This document shows positions 50,247-60,300 of a DNA stretch of 64,000 nt, piece after piece. The notes below the pieces were generated by a model that ran no database searches, had not been told where the DNA came from, and was given only the letters and a program-made list of their open reading frames with translations. Position 1 is the stretch's first letter, and every line of letters starts with the position of its first letter. This DNA is from a virus: positions 15,821-79,820 of IMG/VR virus record IMGVR_UViG_3300049847_000663; one strand, given 5' to 3'. A program made the translations under genes and the position numbers.

Positions 50247-52163
50247 TTAATAACCATCTCTATCTTTTTCATCTTCCATTTCGTCAAAATCGCCCCAATC
50301 AAACTGTTCTTTCATTACAGCTCTAGATTCAGGGCGTTGCTGTAAATCAAAATTTACAGCTGCTTTTTTAACATCATCGCCTTGAGCGGCTTTTTCGAGT
50401 TTATCACCAACATACTGAGCTTGTTTTGATGGATGTTGCTTTAATTGTTGAGCATCGCTGTATAATTGATCATTAGATTTACTAGTAATGGGGGAGATTT
50501 GTCCAGCAACTCTAGCTGTATTTAATCCGGCAGGACCTAATTGTCCTAAAGTATTTTGAGCACCTTCAATCGCGGAAGAAATTTTAGTTTTATCTAAACC
50601 TTGGTCTTTTAATTTTTCAAGTTTATTTTGAAGAGAAACGTAGTCTTGATACTTTTTTTGTGCTCCATAAGCCGGTATAATATCAGTTATATCTTTCCCG
50701 GTAGCAGATTTAACTGCCTTAGATCCAGCTAAATAAGCCGGCCCGATCCCCGGAATATCAGTAACTCCACTTAATACACCGGAAGCTACCCAATCACCTA
50801 AAGTAAATGCTGTACCTTTAGATTTAGATTTTGCTGCAAACTCTTCAGCCATATTTTCTAAATCTAAAGCCGCTGAGTATTCTTTATCAAGTTTACTGAA
50901 TTCTTGACCAATGTTGGGATCGAGTTCGTTAATTAAAGATCTTTGTTTACCTTTAATAGCGTTTCGCATTACTTTCGCGACATCACCAGAAGCTCTATTG
51001 CTAAATGCGTCTTTATTGTATTTTACATAAAGATTTTGAAGCTCTTTCATTGGATTGTCACTTAAAAAAGCTACTTCTAGTTCATCTTTAAGAGCGTCAG
51101 CTTGTCTCATTAATTTTAATTTTTGCTCTTCACTAAGTTTTAAATCAGTTTTAGCAAATTGATCCAATTGATCATAAATCTCTGAGTGAAGCTGACTTGC
51201 GACTTCTTTAGCTTCGTCTAAATCTTTAACGGCGTAACCGTGAAGTTTATCGTATTCTTTATTATAAGAATCGCCTATTCTAGATTTAAATTCTAAAGCT
51301 TTTTGATATGATTGTCGCGGTTTAACTAAAGGATCTATAATTCCTTCACGAACACCAACTACACCGGATAAATCTTCTGGTTGTAATTGTTTATTCTGCA
51401 TAGCCGCACGAGTCTCGGCTTTCAATGCGTCAGTGAAAACATCTTTATCAGCGTTTATTGAACGAAGGGCTTGATCAGAAGAATCACCAAGAAGTTCTCC
51501 TGCAACTTTAGGTATGTCTTCTACATTACCTCTTCTACGAACGTAATCTAGTCCCTTAGCGCCAGCTTTACCAAAAGCGCCCATCCCAAGACCAGCAACT
51601 GCTCCTAAAGAAGCGTCCGTAGCACCGTTATCTTCAGATCTACCGTAAGCACCTAAAGCACCTTCTCCAGCGATTGTTGCGGCCTGTTTAGCTCTATTTA
51701 AATTTTTATATGTATCTAAAAGCTCTTTTACCGACTTACCTTTAGTTAAAAGCTTTGCTCCGCCGATAATCGGAGCTGGAGTTGCAACAGCAGAAGCCAA
51801 ATCGCCAGCTAAGAAAGTTTTAGGATTAGCTTGTTCTAAAGCTTTTTGACGACCACGAATTCCAGTTAAATAATCATTGTATAATCTTTTGTATTTATCT
51901 AAACTAGATTCTTCAGGTAAAGATGGTGAATTTCCAGTTAAAACATCTAGACCAGCAGTAACTCCACTTGATGCTTCATCTCCATAACCTAAACTAGAAC
52001 CTTCACCAATTCCGCCCAATAAAGAATCTAATTGACTAAATTGTTGAGGATTAACCGGAGGATCTTCATTTTGTATTTGAGTTTCTACTGGAACTTCTGA
52101 AGTTGGTTGAACCTCTTCAAAATCATCCCAGCTAAACTCTTTATTTGGGTTAGCGTTACTCAT
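50247..52163 (-). CDS. Internal virion (ejection) protein candidate
   Basis: Large, helical, with Gly/Ala-rich membrane-like segments (GSSLGYGDE); end of the tail operon. Confidence 0.6.
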   Translation of the reverse strand: MSNANPNKEFSWDDFEEVQPTSEVPVETQIQNEDPPVNPQQFSQLDSLLGGIGEGSSLGYGDEASSGVTAGLDVLTGNSPSLPEESSLDKYKRLYNDYLTGIRGRQKALEQANPKTFLAGDLASAVATPAPIIGGAKLLTKGKSVKELLDTYKNLNRAKQAATIAGEGALGAYGRSEDNGATDASLGAVAGLGMGAFGKAGAKGLDYVRRRGNVEDIPKVAGELLGDSSDQALRSINADKDVFTDALKAETRAAMQNKQLQPEDLSGVVGVREGIIDPLVKPRQSYQKALEFKSRIGDSYNKEYDKLHGYAVKDLDEAKEVASQLHSEIYDQLDQFAKTDLKLSEEQKLKLMRQADALKDELEVAFLSDNPMKELQNLYVKYNKDAFSNRASGDVAKVMRNAIKGKQRSLINELDPNIGQEFSKLDKEYSAALDLENMAEEFAAKSKSKGTAFTLGDWVASGVLSGVTDIPGIGPAYLAGSKAVKSATGKDITDIIPAYGAQKKYQDYVSLQNKLEKLKDQGLDKTKISSAIEGAQNTLGQLGPAGLNTARVAGQISPITSKSNDQLYSDAQQLKQHPSKQAQYVGDKLEKAAQGDDVKKAAVNFDLQQRPESRAVMKEQFDWGDFDEMEDEKDRDGY

Positions 52164-53496
52164 CTACTTCTTCTCCACCGGCATTGAGCGCATCTTGAAG
52201 ACGACTTCTTGGAATATTTTTTATCGATCCATCTGGTGCTCGAACTTTAACTGGAGGTAACAATAAATCCTGTATATCTTTTTTATCAATTTTATTAGCT
52301 TTTGAAAGTTTAGGAACTTCTCTTTTAGCTACATTTTCTATGTTTTTAGCAGCTGATTTTTTTAATGTTCCGGTTAGATCCAAAATAAATTTTTTGTTTT
52401 CAGGAGTTAGTTTTCCTGAACTATAATCAGAAATAACTTGCTGGATTCTTCCAGTTAAAGCTTTAGTTCCACCAAAAGGAGCTTTGTCTGCTTCAGTTAA
52501 AGCACCAACTTCACCGGCAGCCCTAGCCATAAAAGTAGGAACTGCGGCGTGACCTATCGGATTATTAGAATTAACCAATGAAACTATATTATCAGCAGCA
52601 GCTATCTGTTCATTAGCTTTTTGTACAACTTTATCTTTATTAAAATTTTGTACTACTTGTCCTTCTTGTCGTTGTTGATCTTCGTCTTTTTTATAACCAA
52701 ATTTATCACGAAGTAAGTCTAACATAGCATCACGCTGATTCTGTCCTCTTACTCTACTATCTAAACTTCTATTTCTAAAATCTTGAAGTAATTTCATTTG
52801 ATTAGCTAAACGTGCTTCTTTTGCTACTTCAGAAGCTTGAGCTGCACTTAGAGTAGAAAGATCTTCATTTTGTAAAGATTCATTAGCTTGAGCAAGTTTA
52901 CCGTATAAATCGGCAAGCTTAGTTCCGGGTAAATTTAATTGCTTTTTGTTTTCTAAATCTAAATCGCTTGATTCCATTGCATTTAGATTTTTAATATTAG
53001 CAGCAGCTTGATCTTGCTGAGCGCGTTCGTTTTGTCTACGCTTATAAAATTCAGAAACTAGATCGGAACCTTGTTGACGTAAAGCTTCTGGAACAGCTTT
53101 TTCTTCTTGAAAGTTAGGAACAACTGTAGCCATGCTATTTTTAATAGTATTATTAAATGAGCTTAAAAGATTTCCATAAAGCTTAAGTTTATTTCCTTTA
53201 TCAAGAGACTGATTATAACCAGTATCGTCTTCATTTTTGACTTTAGAAAGAGCTTCTAGATATCTTTCTGCTGTGGATTTTTTGGGTTGTTCAAGTTTAG
53301 ATTCATCAAAAGGAGTTTCATCCATTTCGGGACTTAAATCCATTTTAAGAGGTTCTCTTTCCGGTTCAACTAATTGATCTTGAAATTGAGCTGCTTGAAT
53401 CTGAGGAATGGAGGAAGATTCATCATCAGTTGCTACAATATTATTATCTTTATCAATTGCCGATTCATTTTCTAATTCATCAAACATATTTGCCAT
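52156..53496 (-). CDS. Internal virion (ejection) protein candidate
   Basis: Helical; C-terminal VKVRAPDG...ALNAGG motif; operon position. Confidence 0.55.
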   Translation of the reverse strand: MANMFDELENESAIDKDNNIVATDDESSSIPQIQAAQFQDQLVEPEREPLKMDLSPEMDETPFDESKLEQPKKSTAERYLEALSKVKNEDDTGYNQSLDKGNKLKLYGNLLSSFNNTIKNSMATVVPNFQEEKAVPEALRQQGSDLVSEFYKRRQNERAQQDQAAANIKNLNAMESSDLDLENKKQLNLPGTKLADLYGKLAQANESLQNEDLSTLSAAQASEVAKEARLANQMKLLQDFRNRSLDSRVRGQNQRDAMLDLLRDKFGYKKDEDQQRQEGQVVQNFNKDKVVQKANEQIAAADNIVSLVNSNNPIGHAAVPTFMARAAGEVGALTEADKAPFGGTKALTGRIQQVISDYSSGKLTPENKKFILDLTGTLKKSAAKNIENVAKREVPKLSKANKIDKKDIQDLLLPPVKVRAPDGSIKNIPRSRLQDALNAGGEEVDE

Positions 53497-53504
53497 AAAA
53501 ATCC

Positions 53505-54533
53505 TTAAAAAATGTCATCACGACTATTTACTAATTTTTTTATATCATTTTGTACAAAAGCGTTATTAGCTGGGGCATTATTATAAGCACCAAGTCCGGC
53601 ACCTAAAGCTCCACCAATTCCTTGAAGAATGGCTCCAGTTTGAGCTGCCCTAGCTTGGCCCACGCCGTAATTAGCAGCGGCTGTATTAGAAGCTCTATTG
53701 GCTTTAGCGTTAGTTAAATTTAATTGATTATCAAAATCTTGTTGTAATAAAGCTTTATTATGTAATTGTTCTTCATTAGATAATCCGGTATTAGCATTAC
53801 TAACCGCTTGACGAGCCCCAAGATTTCTAAGTTGAGCTTGATTTCTATTTCCTATATTTTGATTAGAAATATCCTGACGATTATTTAAGTTAAATTTATT
53901 AATTGCATCCTTGGCTTGGGCTTTTTGTGAACCTTCGTTAAAGCTTTGATAACGCATTTGCTCAGAAAGACCGCCAGTTTGAGAAAGAGCTTGTAAAGCG
54001 CGAGCTTGAGCTTGTTGAATTAGTTTATCATTAGCATCGGCTTGATTTTGCGTAGAATCTTGCGCTCCTTGAAGCTTAGCTGCAAGTTCCATACCAGAAC
54101 CTAAAACTCCACGTTGAGCCATTTCATTTAAAACGGATTTACGACGAGCCATGTCCGAACTATCAGTTTTACGCTGAATTTCACGCGCAGCAGCTTCATC
54201 AGCTTCGGTTAATCCGCCTTGACTGATTTCACGCATTTTATTTAAAGCATCAACTTGTGCATCTAAAGCTTGCTGATCGGCTTGAACGTTTTCCATAGAC
54301 GAAGGACCAAGACCCAAAGCTTCTAAAGCCTCGGGAGAATAATCACCTTCGTAAGCTAATCTTTCTAAAATTGCTTGTTGCTCTTCTACAGATGGAGCTT
54401 TTAAATCATTATACATGGATTGAATTCGAGCCATATCATCAGCTTGTCTTTTAGCTGCATTTTTAGCTTGATTTCCCGATATAGCTCCGCCAACTAAACT
54501 AGCTGCGGCTGTACCAACTGCTACCCAAGACAT
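53505..54533 (-). CDS. Pilot/ejection protein candidate
   Basis: MSWVAVGTAAASLVGGAIS N-terminus, Q/A/N-rich, MAQRGVLGSG motif. Confidence 0.65.
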   Translation of the reverse strand: MSWVAVGTAAASLVGGAISGNQAKNAAKRQADDMARIQSMYNDLKAPSVEEQQAILERLAYEGDYSPEALEALGLGPSSMENVQADQQALDAQVDALNKMREISQGGLTEADEAAAREIQRKTDSSDMARRKSVLNEMAQRGVLGSGMELAAKLQGAQDSTQNQADANDKLIQQAQARALQALSQTGGLSEQMRYQSFNEGSQKAQAKDAINKFNLNNRQDISNQNIGNRNQAQLRNLGARQAVSNANTGLSNEEQLHNKALLQQDFDNQLNLTNAKANRASNTAAANYGVGQARAAQTGAILQGIGGALGAGLGAYNNAPANNAFVQNDIKKLVNSRDDIF

Positions 54534-55018
54534 TTTTTCTCCTCTGATATATCTATTATATATTCTTGTTCAAAATCGTAATTTTTAGCAATAAAAGTTT
54601 CTTCTATTTTATCAACATCTTTTTCAGAAGTTCCGTGAATAGTAGTCCAAACAACGTCAGTATGAGCGTAGATTAATCTCTTTGCTCCAACGCTACCAAC
54701 AAAAGTCGTAGGAGCTTTTAATCGTTTATACCCATCAATTGATAAAACTGACACTTCACCTTTACTTAAGATATTTAAATTTTCAAATTTATGTATCTTA
54801 CCTACAATCAAAGATCCCGCATCTAATTTCATTTCACGAGCATAAACATCTTTTGAAAAATAATGCTCAACAGGAACCTCAATTGTTTCACCTTTTTCTA
54901 ATGTGGTTTGTACACTAGAAATAATATCTCTTATTTCAATCTTACTTAAAGAACTAGCGTGATTAAAAAGAGAAACCACTTCTTTATGTTTTTTTTTCTT
55001 AATTTTACCCTTATTCAC
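54521..55018 (-). CDS. Cupin-fold protein
   Basis: HYFSKDVYAREM..AGSLIVGKIH...SKGEV...W.TIH. Confidence 0.7.
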   Translation of the reverse strand: MNKGKIKKKKHKEVVSLFNHASSLSKIEIRDIISSVQTTLEKGETIEVPVEHYFSKDVYAREMKLDAGSLIVGKIHKFENLNILSKGEVSVLSIDGYKRLKAPTTFVGSVGAKRLIYAHTDVVWTTIHGTSEKDVDKIEETFIAKNYDFEQEYIIDISEEKKCLG

Positions 55019-55022
55019 AAAA

Positions 55023-56882
55023 TTATGAATCCCATTTTTTTAATCCGCGGACGTAGGATAAAAAATCATCCAAATTTCCAGTTTTATTAGTTCCGACTGT
55101 CGGTTGTTTAAACTCACTATTTGTGTTTATTTTATCTTTACCTTTTAGGTTAGAAATTTTACTAGTATCAACACCCAAAGATTCTAAATTCTTTTTAATC
55201 TGTTCATCCATGTTAGTTCCATAATTTCTTATGGTTCCACCTGAATCCCTCAATTCACCTAAGTTCATATTTTTTTCAGTTAGAGTAGGTTTTATTCCGG
55301 AAAGCGCGTTACTTACGTTACCTTCGGTAGATAAAACATTTCCAAATCCGGTATTTTTTAGATTATTTAAAAATTTATTATATGTATCTTTAGACATTAA
55401 TTCAGAAAAAGAAGTTCCTGCTGAACTAATACCACGGTCTGAACCCATTATGTTTTTTCCAGCTAATATATCAGCACCGGAAATACCATGTTGATTAGCC
55501 CAACCGCTCCCACCAAGATTTAGACTATTTCCATAAACGTCTTGACCCATTTTTCGATAAAATTCATCTTTAGCTGAATCTAAACGATTTTGTAAGTTAG
55601 CTGCGCCTTCTTGTGCAATAATAGATTTTTCTAAAGTTGAAGGTGCGACCAGTCTCTTTGCTCCTTCATCCATACCTAGAATTTTAGCTAAACTTGAATA
55701 ATCTTCCACATTTTTTTGATTAGCCACATCTTGGTATGCTTTTGCGTTTTGACCGACTTTAGCCCCGGTACGAGCTACCTGATCTAATTTCGTTTTATTA
55801 AAAACATCAAACATACTATTAGCTTTATTTACACCCAATAGTTTTAAATCATCAGCAGTCAATCCTGAAACGGGGGACATAGCTTGTGCTTTTTGTAAAC
55901 CCACCGGATTTCCGTTTTTATCCATAGGTTGACTTCTATCTAGTAATCCACCTGCCTGTAGAGAAGGGGTTTTCATTGATGCGTAACGATTAGATAAATC
56001 TTCAAATTCTTTATCTCTACGTTTCTGTAATTCAGGAGCATAACTTTCTAACATTTTTAAATAACTATCTTCGTTAGTTTTGGCTTGTGTATCAATATCA
56101 CCAAGCAACGAACGTTCTTGTTCTTGTGCTAATCGAGTACCTTGTCCAGTTTCTTGCGTTTGAGCTTGTAGATTTTTGGCCTGATTTATATTTTGTTTCA
56201 AATCTTGTCTAAGTCCACCTAAACCTTGACGAGCTAGAAATAATTGATCTAATCTTTGTTGACCCGAAGTGTACTTAGGATTTACATTTCCACCAAATGA
56301 TTTTTTTAGTAAGTCAAATCTTCCGCTCTCATTACCGGCAAGATTAGCCTGTTCTTGAGATAATTGATTATATTGATTAGCTTGATTAGCAAAAGCTTGT
56401 TGTTGAAGATTTAATTGGTCTTCATTTACCCCTTGTCCTTGTTGGATACGCTGAAAGTCACTAAAAGAAGGACTTTGAGTAAAGGAATTTATACCCAGAT
56501 CTTTATCTTGACCGTAAAACTGATCCCCGGTATTAGCTTGTATATTTGACCCAATCTGCTTAAGTTGACCTAATTGCCCTTGACCTTGCTGAAGAGTATT
56601 CTGAGCACTTTGAATACCTTGACGCACTTGGTCATTATATTGTTGAGCTTGAGTTTTAACTGGATCTAAAGTCTTTTGAACTTGATTACCTACCCCTTGA
56701 GCAAGCTTCTGTCCAGCGCCTTTATTTGCGTTTAAATATGATTGAATATTAGTGAATTGACCGGAACCTTGACGTTTTGGTGCTGGAGCCGCGCTTTGGG
56801 CTTGTTGTATATTAGTGGCAGGTGCTCCTACCTGAGGAATATTAGTATTTTCTTGGTCTTGGGGTTTTAAAAAAGTGGCCAT
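55023..56882 (-). CDS. Gln-rich internal virion protein candidate
   Basis: GSGQFTNIQSYLNAN motif, Q-rich helices, preceded by the late motif. Confidence 0.55.
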   Translation of the reverse strand: MATFLKPQDQENTNIPQVGAPATNIQQAQSAAPAPKRQGSGQFTNIQSYLNANKGAGQKLAQGVGNQVQKTLDPVKTQAQQYNDQVRQGIQSAQNTLQQGQGQLGQLKQIGSNIQANTGDQFYGQDKDLGINSFTQSPSFSDFQRIQQGQGVNEDQLNLQQQAFANQANQYNQLSQEQANLAGNESGRFDLLKKSFGGNVNPKYTSGQQRLDQLFLARQGLGGLRQDLKQNINQAKNLQAQTQETGQGTRLAQEQERSLLGDIDTQAKTNEDSYLKMLESYAPELQKRRDKEFEDLSNRYASMKTPSLQAGGLLDRSQPMDKNGNPVGLQKAQAMSPVSGLTADDLKLLGVNKANSMFDVFNKTKLDQVARTGAKVGQNAKAYQDVANQKNVEDYSSLAKILGMDEGAKRLVAPSTLEKSIIAQEGAANLQNRLDSAKDEFYRKMGQDVYGNSLNLGGSGWANQHGISGADILAGKNIMGSDRGISSAGTSFSELMSKDTYNKFLNNLKNTGFGNVLSTEGNVSNALSGIKPTLTEKNMNLGELRDSGGTIRNYGTNMDEQIKKNLESLGVDTSKISNLKGKDKINTNSEFKQPTVGTNKTGNLDDFLSYVRGLKKWDS

Positions 56883-56907
56883 GAATTCCTTAGTAAATCC
56901 TATATTA

Positions 56908-56918
56908 TATTTGTTAAA
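56908..56918 (-). promoter_or_regulatory. Putative late promoter motif TTTAACAAATA (before the ejection-protein block)
   Basis: Same 11-mer about 25 nt upstream of ATG 56882. Confidence 0.55.
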
Positions 56919-57321
56919 TTACGAGTAAATTAATTTGGTAACTTAATCCGGGGGTTAGCCCAGAAATATAACTAATTGTTATTAAACTTTGATCTTGAGT
57001 AAAAGTAATAAAAGGAGCTTGAGTTATCTGAATTCCTGTAGAATTCCCTTGTATTTTCAATGAGATAGGAATAACACCCGAAACCTTGGAGACTGAAGTT
57101 TTAAATTTTAATTGGCTTAGAGGCTGCCCACTATCGTTAGTTGAAAAAGTCAAAGTAATCAAATCTTGAGCTAAGTTATTGAAATCTATTGATTTATTTA
57201 AAGCTGCGCGAATTTCTTCAAAAAATGAGTTAATAGGAAAAGCAAGTCTCGAGATCAAAGATTGTTGATCTGGAGGGAAATCTTCTACTATGATTCGTTT
57301 TATTGAAGGTAGTTTACTCAA
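56914..57321 (-). CDS. Hypothetical tail-associated protein
   Basis: Directly follows the nozzle-like gene. Confidence 0.5.
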   Translation of the reverse strand: MSKLPSIKRIIVEDFPPDQQSLISRLAFPINSFFEEIRAALNKSIDFNNLAQDLITLTFSTNDSGQPLSQLKFKTSVSKVSGVIPISLKIQGNSTGIQITQAPFITFTQDQSLITISYISGLTPGLSYQINLLVI

Positions 57322-57323
57322 AA

Positions 57324-60300
57324 TTATCCTCTATAAGCTCTTTCTGAGATTTGTCTTAATGTGTAAGAAATTCCAAAAATAGCCCAGGCTTCACGAGCCG
57401 AAGTGTGCTGAAAGAAACATTGAATATAACGACAACGTTGTTTGTCGTAAGGAATATACGTCCTAAGAGGAACTCCGGAGAACCCGCCTCCCCAGTTTTG
57501 TTGTCCCCAAACAAAGCTTCCCCAGTCACCTTTACCAGATTTAGAAAAAGGTATTTGAGTAATTCCCGGACTAATGTCAGATCTATAGCCAACAACCCCA
57601 CGAGAGAAAGTACAGTTTTCAAACATTACGGTACCTTCTCGTACTTGTTTAAGCATGGAAGGATCACCAAAAACCTCAGGAGCGTAAATGATTTGAGAAA
57701 CAATTCCTTGATATAAAGTAATAGTTCCTTGAACAAAAGCAGTTTCGTAATCTATTTCAATAATGTTACTATTAGATTTAGCTAAAGTGATCAAGGCTTC
57801 AACATCTTCGTAACCTTCAGATAATTGATAATTAGCAAAAAGCGGTCCTGCGTCATTATTTAATTTATTAACGATACAATTAAATCCACCTTGTACTTCG
57901 TAGGAAGTTGTAATTGGTGAACTAAAATCTAAAGTACCAATTATAGATGTTGAGATCGGTATAGAGAAAGTATTTGCTGTTAAACGAGTAACTACGTACT
58001 GTCCATCAATAAAATTCGTACTGTTTGTTATAGTAACAACTCTACCTGTTTGTAAACCGTGATTGGTATAAGTAATTATTGTTGGATTTCCGGAAGTGCT
58101 AGTTGCTCCGGTTCCGCTATAATTATTTAAAGAAGTTAAAAAGTCAGTTTGAACGATATTAGGATCATTATCTAATTTAATAGCCAATTGATCTATTTTA
58201 TCTTTCATATTATTTCCAGGAACCGCAGCTAATGAGGAAAAATAATCTCCGTAACCTTGTACTAAAACCGCTAAAGAAAAACCGTTTGATATTGGATGCA
58301 AAATACTCTGTGAAGCGTCGGTTGTATTTCCTGATTTTACGGTAGTTGTCGTAAATAAACTACTACCAGGAGTATAGTTTATAACGAAATCTGTTGTTGT
58401 TCCTTGTATTGCTGTTTTTGTTAAACTTGCTAATTGTGAAGTTGAATTTGATGATGAGATATCAACCCTCACCTGAGTGGACCCCATAACATCAGTATCT
58501 ACATTTGGATTTAAACTGGGCAAGTTACCAAAAGCATCATAAAAAATACAATATTTATTAGTGTTAGATGCTGAATACAAAAAGAAGTATTTACCATGAA
58601 GATCGTTAGGAATACTTCCAGTATAAGAAGAAAAATCAATCTCAGTTACTTCTTTTGAACCGATATATGGATCTAAATCGAGTTGCTTTAAAACTTTATT
58701 ATACTCGTATATTTTTATATATTGTTGTTGAACTAAAGCGTCACCATTAGAAGCCAGACCAACCTGAGCTAATGTTATTTTTTTACCATCAACACCATCG
58801 CCGGTAATTGTAGTTAAAAATTCACGATCAGCATAATCAGTTCTATTAAAATTTTTACGTTCTCTTTCGATAAAATTTTCATCACCCGCACCTAAGTACA
58901 GTTTATCGTCGGCTGAATTCACTATACCGCAAGTTTTAGCAGTTTGCATAAAACGCGTCCAAGTTTGTGTATAAACATTCCATCTGAAGCATTGAGTTGC
59001 TACAGTATCGGTATCGTAAGTTGGAACAAAAAGAAGATAAGATCTATCATTTTCATAAGATACACCAAAAGAAGTAAACTGAAAATCGTAATTACTGCTA
59101 GTAATTTTTTTAAATTCTATATCTAAAGGTTTAGAAATAATTTGAACACCGGTGTCTGAAATTTGAGCAACGCCTTGAGAAGTTAAACAAAAGATATTAT
59201 TATTCAACACAACAGCCGTATCTGGTGAGATAATTTTACAATTTCTATCAAATCCGTCAACAACAAAGTTACCATTTAAACCCGTTAAACGATAAACCCC
59301 TTCGGTCTTTAAGATAAAGAGAGATTCACGAAGAGCTAAGATCCTAGAGATTTCTTCGTCTTCGGAACCAACGTCGATAAAATTTAATAAAGGAACAGCT
59401 TCTGGTTGTTGAAGTTTTGAATAATAAAGACGATTAGGTTTAATCTCAGCTTCACCAATTACAGGTTCTGCATTAGTTACTGGAGGAAGTGGTGGATTGA
59501 ACGATCCACCGGTAGCTGCTGAATTTGCGGTAATTGAAAAAGTATTTAATCCGATATCTTTTGATTGAAGGGATATTTGACCAGGAAGATCATTTGGTCC
59601 CGAAATATAAAAAGCATTTACAACTTCATTTGCGTTTGAATTTATGATTTCAACTAGACTTCGAGCAGTTTCATCAATTTGTTGTGCTGGACTCGCAGCT
59701 GCTGATAAAAGAACATGAAGAAGAACTTTATCTTCTCCATCTCCCTGATTAAGAATGGTTATTGCGAATCCACTTCCAATACCATTAATTAAACTATCAT
59801 GAGGATCTTCACAGTTTCCGTTATTACTATTTTCGATATCTAAATATTGATTTCCGCTAGTGTATTCAACATTAAAATCTAATGCTGAATCTTGATCAAT
59901 AATGGCAGCGGCAGTAGCGTCGGCCAATTGAGCCTTAGTTGTTATATTTCTAGCAATGCTTACTTTAAAACCAATTCTTCCAACAACGTCAGCATTTGGT
60001 ACGTTTTTTGGGTCACTATTTGTTGGTGTAGTTAAAGTATAAAAGAATCCTCGACCGATATTTTCACTAGGAGTTACTGAGTCCTCCGGAAAAGCATCAG
60101 TTTCAATTTCTACATAAGAATTGCCTGAAGTATAAACAACATCGTAATCATTAAAAATATTACCGTTAGTTAAAGCTAAAGATGTAGCATTTGCTAACTG
60201 AGTTACGTTATTTACACCAGATGAAATATTAACTCGAATTCCTAAGTAACCAGCTAAAGTAGTATCATTTAACGAAGGATCGGGAGTCGTTCCGGTAGCA

